From sequence record SRR31156797_2353: a stretch of 34,886 nucleotides of DNA; one strand, given 5' to 3'. Below are positions 33,667 to 34,886 of the stretch, in pieces. Each line of letters opens with the position of its first letter. Position 1 is the stretch's first letter. Both the position numbers and the translations under genes were made by a program. Under the pieces are notes generated by a model, which was not told the origin of the DNA, did no database searches, and worked only from the letters and a program-made list of their open reading frames with translations.

Positions 33667-34326
33667 TTACATTTTCTCAGCACGCTTGGCGCGAAGCCAG
33701 TTATACCATTGATCCATGTTTTCACCCGAACGGGCAGAAATAGGCATAACCTCGATTTCCTTGTTCAGGGCAGTGGCGTGGTTCTTGGCTTTGTCCATGT
33801 CAAAATCAACATAGGGGAGCAGGTCCACTTTGTTGAGCAGCATGACTGCGGAGATATGGAACATGAACGGATATTTCTCCGGTTTATCGTCACCTTCGGC
33901 AACGGACAGCAGGGTAACCTTGAAGTCTTCACCCACGTTAAATTCTGCAGGGCAGACCAGATTGCCGACATTTTCGATAAACAGGATGTCCAGACCATCG
34001 GTGTCGATGGCCTTGAGTGCATCCAGGACCATGCCGGAATCCAGATGACAACCGCCCTCGGTGTTGATCTGTACGGCCTGTGCGCCAGTTGCGGCCACAC
34101 GCTGAGCGTCGTTGTCAGTTTGCAGATCACCTTCGATAACGGCCATCTTGAACTCGTCTTTGAGCTCGGTCAGGGTTCGTTCCAGAAGGGTTGTCTTGCC
34201 TGCGCCCGGAGAACTCATGAGGTTCAGGCACAGGATTTTTTTGACGCGAAATTTGTTTTGTAGCTCGTCGGCCAGACGATCGTTGGCCTCAAGCACATTG
34301 CGAACTATAGTGACTTCCTTGGACAT
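33667..34326 (-). CDS. hypB: Hydrogenase nickel-incorporation GTPase HypB
   Basis: SSPGAGKTTLLE, VIEGD, GCHLD, ENVGNLVCPA.F..GE, EGDDKP.KYP, NKVD; no His-rich N-terminus. Confidence 0.96.
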   Translation of the reverse strand: MSKEVTIVRNVLEANDRLADELQNKFRVKKILCLNLMSSPGAGKTTLLERTLTELKDEFKMAVIEGDLQTDNDAQRVAATGAQAVQINTEGGCHLDSGMVLDALKAIDTDGLDILFIENVGNLVCPAEFNVGEDFKVTLLSVAEGDDKPEKYPFMFHISAVMLLNKVDLLPYVDFDMDKAKNHATALNKEIEVMPISARSGENMDQWYNWLRAKRAEKM

Positions 34327-34344
34327 GATCTCTCCTTGCTATGC

Positions 34345-34701
34345 TTATTGCTGGTCGTCCACTTCGATGGAATCGATCAGTAGCTCTTTACCTTCCAGTA
34401 CGTGGTGGCCGAGTAATGCCTCACATTTCGGACAGGGCATGCACCTGGCATGCTCCGGGCTGAACTCTTCGCCACACTCACCGCACGCGACCTTGACCGG
34501 TACCTCGATAATCTCAAGCTCAGCCCCATCAAATTCTCCGCCGGGGATGAGTGCGTCCCAGGCGAATGTCAGGGATTCAGACACCGCTCCGGCCAATTGA
34601 CCGTTTTTGATGGTGACTTTCTTGAGCCGCTGGCCGTCATATTTGACCATTTCTTCTCGTAAGATGCCGAGGATGGATTCGACTATTGACATTTCATGCA
34701 T
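34345..34701 (-). CDS. hypA: Hydrogenase maturation nickel chaperone HypA
   Basis: N-terminal MHEMSI, Zn site CGEC...CPKC, G.EL.I.SIEV. Confidence 0.94.
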   Translation of the reverse strand: MHEMSIVESILGILREEMVKYDGQRLKKVTIKNGQLAGAVSESLTFAWDALIPGGEFDGAELEIIEVPVKVACGECGEEFSPEHARCMPCPKCEALLGHHVLEGKELLIDSIEVDDQQ

Positions 34702-34857
34702 GGACGAAAGCAGTACCCCTTTTTGAGCGTGTGGGCAAGGCTTCCTCCATATGTGTTTGTTTCTTTTTTCGTTGTCACACAAAGGGTTTGGGAAATAGAT
34801 ATTTTTTTGAGGGGAATGTGTTGACATCTCTTTGAAAGTCCTTAATTCTTTCCCAAC

Positions 34858-34886
34858 TTGTTCTCAGGGCGGGGTGGAAGTCCCCA
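34858..34886 (+). ncRNA. FMN riboswitch (RFN element), 5' end; truncated by the window
   Basis: TTCTCAGGGCGGGGTGGAAGTCCCCA matches the conserved RFN start (CTCAGGGCGGGGTGRAA.TCCC.ACCGG); TTGACA at 34821-34826 upstream. Confidence 0.85.

Noticed and set aside
1..34886. Mobile elements, prophage, CRISPR arrays, tRNA/rRNA, defence systems
   Set aside because: No transposase or integrase ORFs, regularly spaced repeats or structural-RNA signatures seen; nearly all sequence is explained by housekeeping genes.

Overview
Core-genome window of a sulfate-reducing deltaproteobacterium (Desulfovibrionaceae, probably Pseudodesulfovibrio-like; inferred from gene content). From left to right it holds: a TetR-regulated RND efflux operon (truncated); menaquinone/futalosine genes (menG/ubiE, mqnB, polyprenyl synthase) with a nucleotide-sugar dehydrogenase; purL; a tetraheme cytochrome c plus a heme-c/PAS chemoreceptor; an oxygen-defence cluster (perR, rubrerythrin, desulfoferrodoxin, a fused double rubredoxin, flavodiiron protein); small conserved genes; a vWA-OmpA protein; hldD-lptD-mutL-alr; a PHO-box-preceded phoR-like/pit/DUF47 unit; a Fur-box-preceded TPR-like/HD-GYP unit; a reduced sigma54-dependent orp-like module (OrpR-like activator, NifX-like protein, Mrp); hypBA; and the 5' end of an FMN riboswitch. 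I saw no mobile elements, CRISPR arrays, tRNAs or rRNAs. The most notable signals are a two-domain rubredoxin that keeps an internal RBS, a possible leaderless Cys-rich 32-aa peptide at a Fur-repressed promoter, the cytochrome-chemoreceptor pair beside the PerR cluster, and a PhoR-like kinase with an atypical H-box linked to Pit/DUF47. All calls come from reading the sequence by eye; no searches were run.
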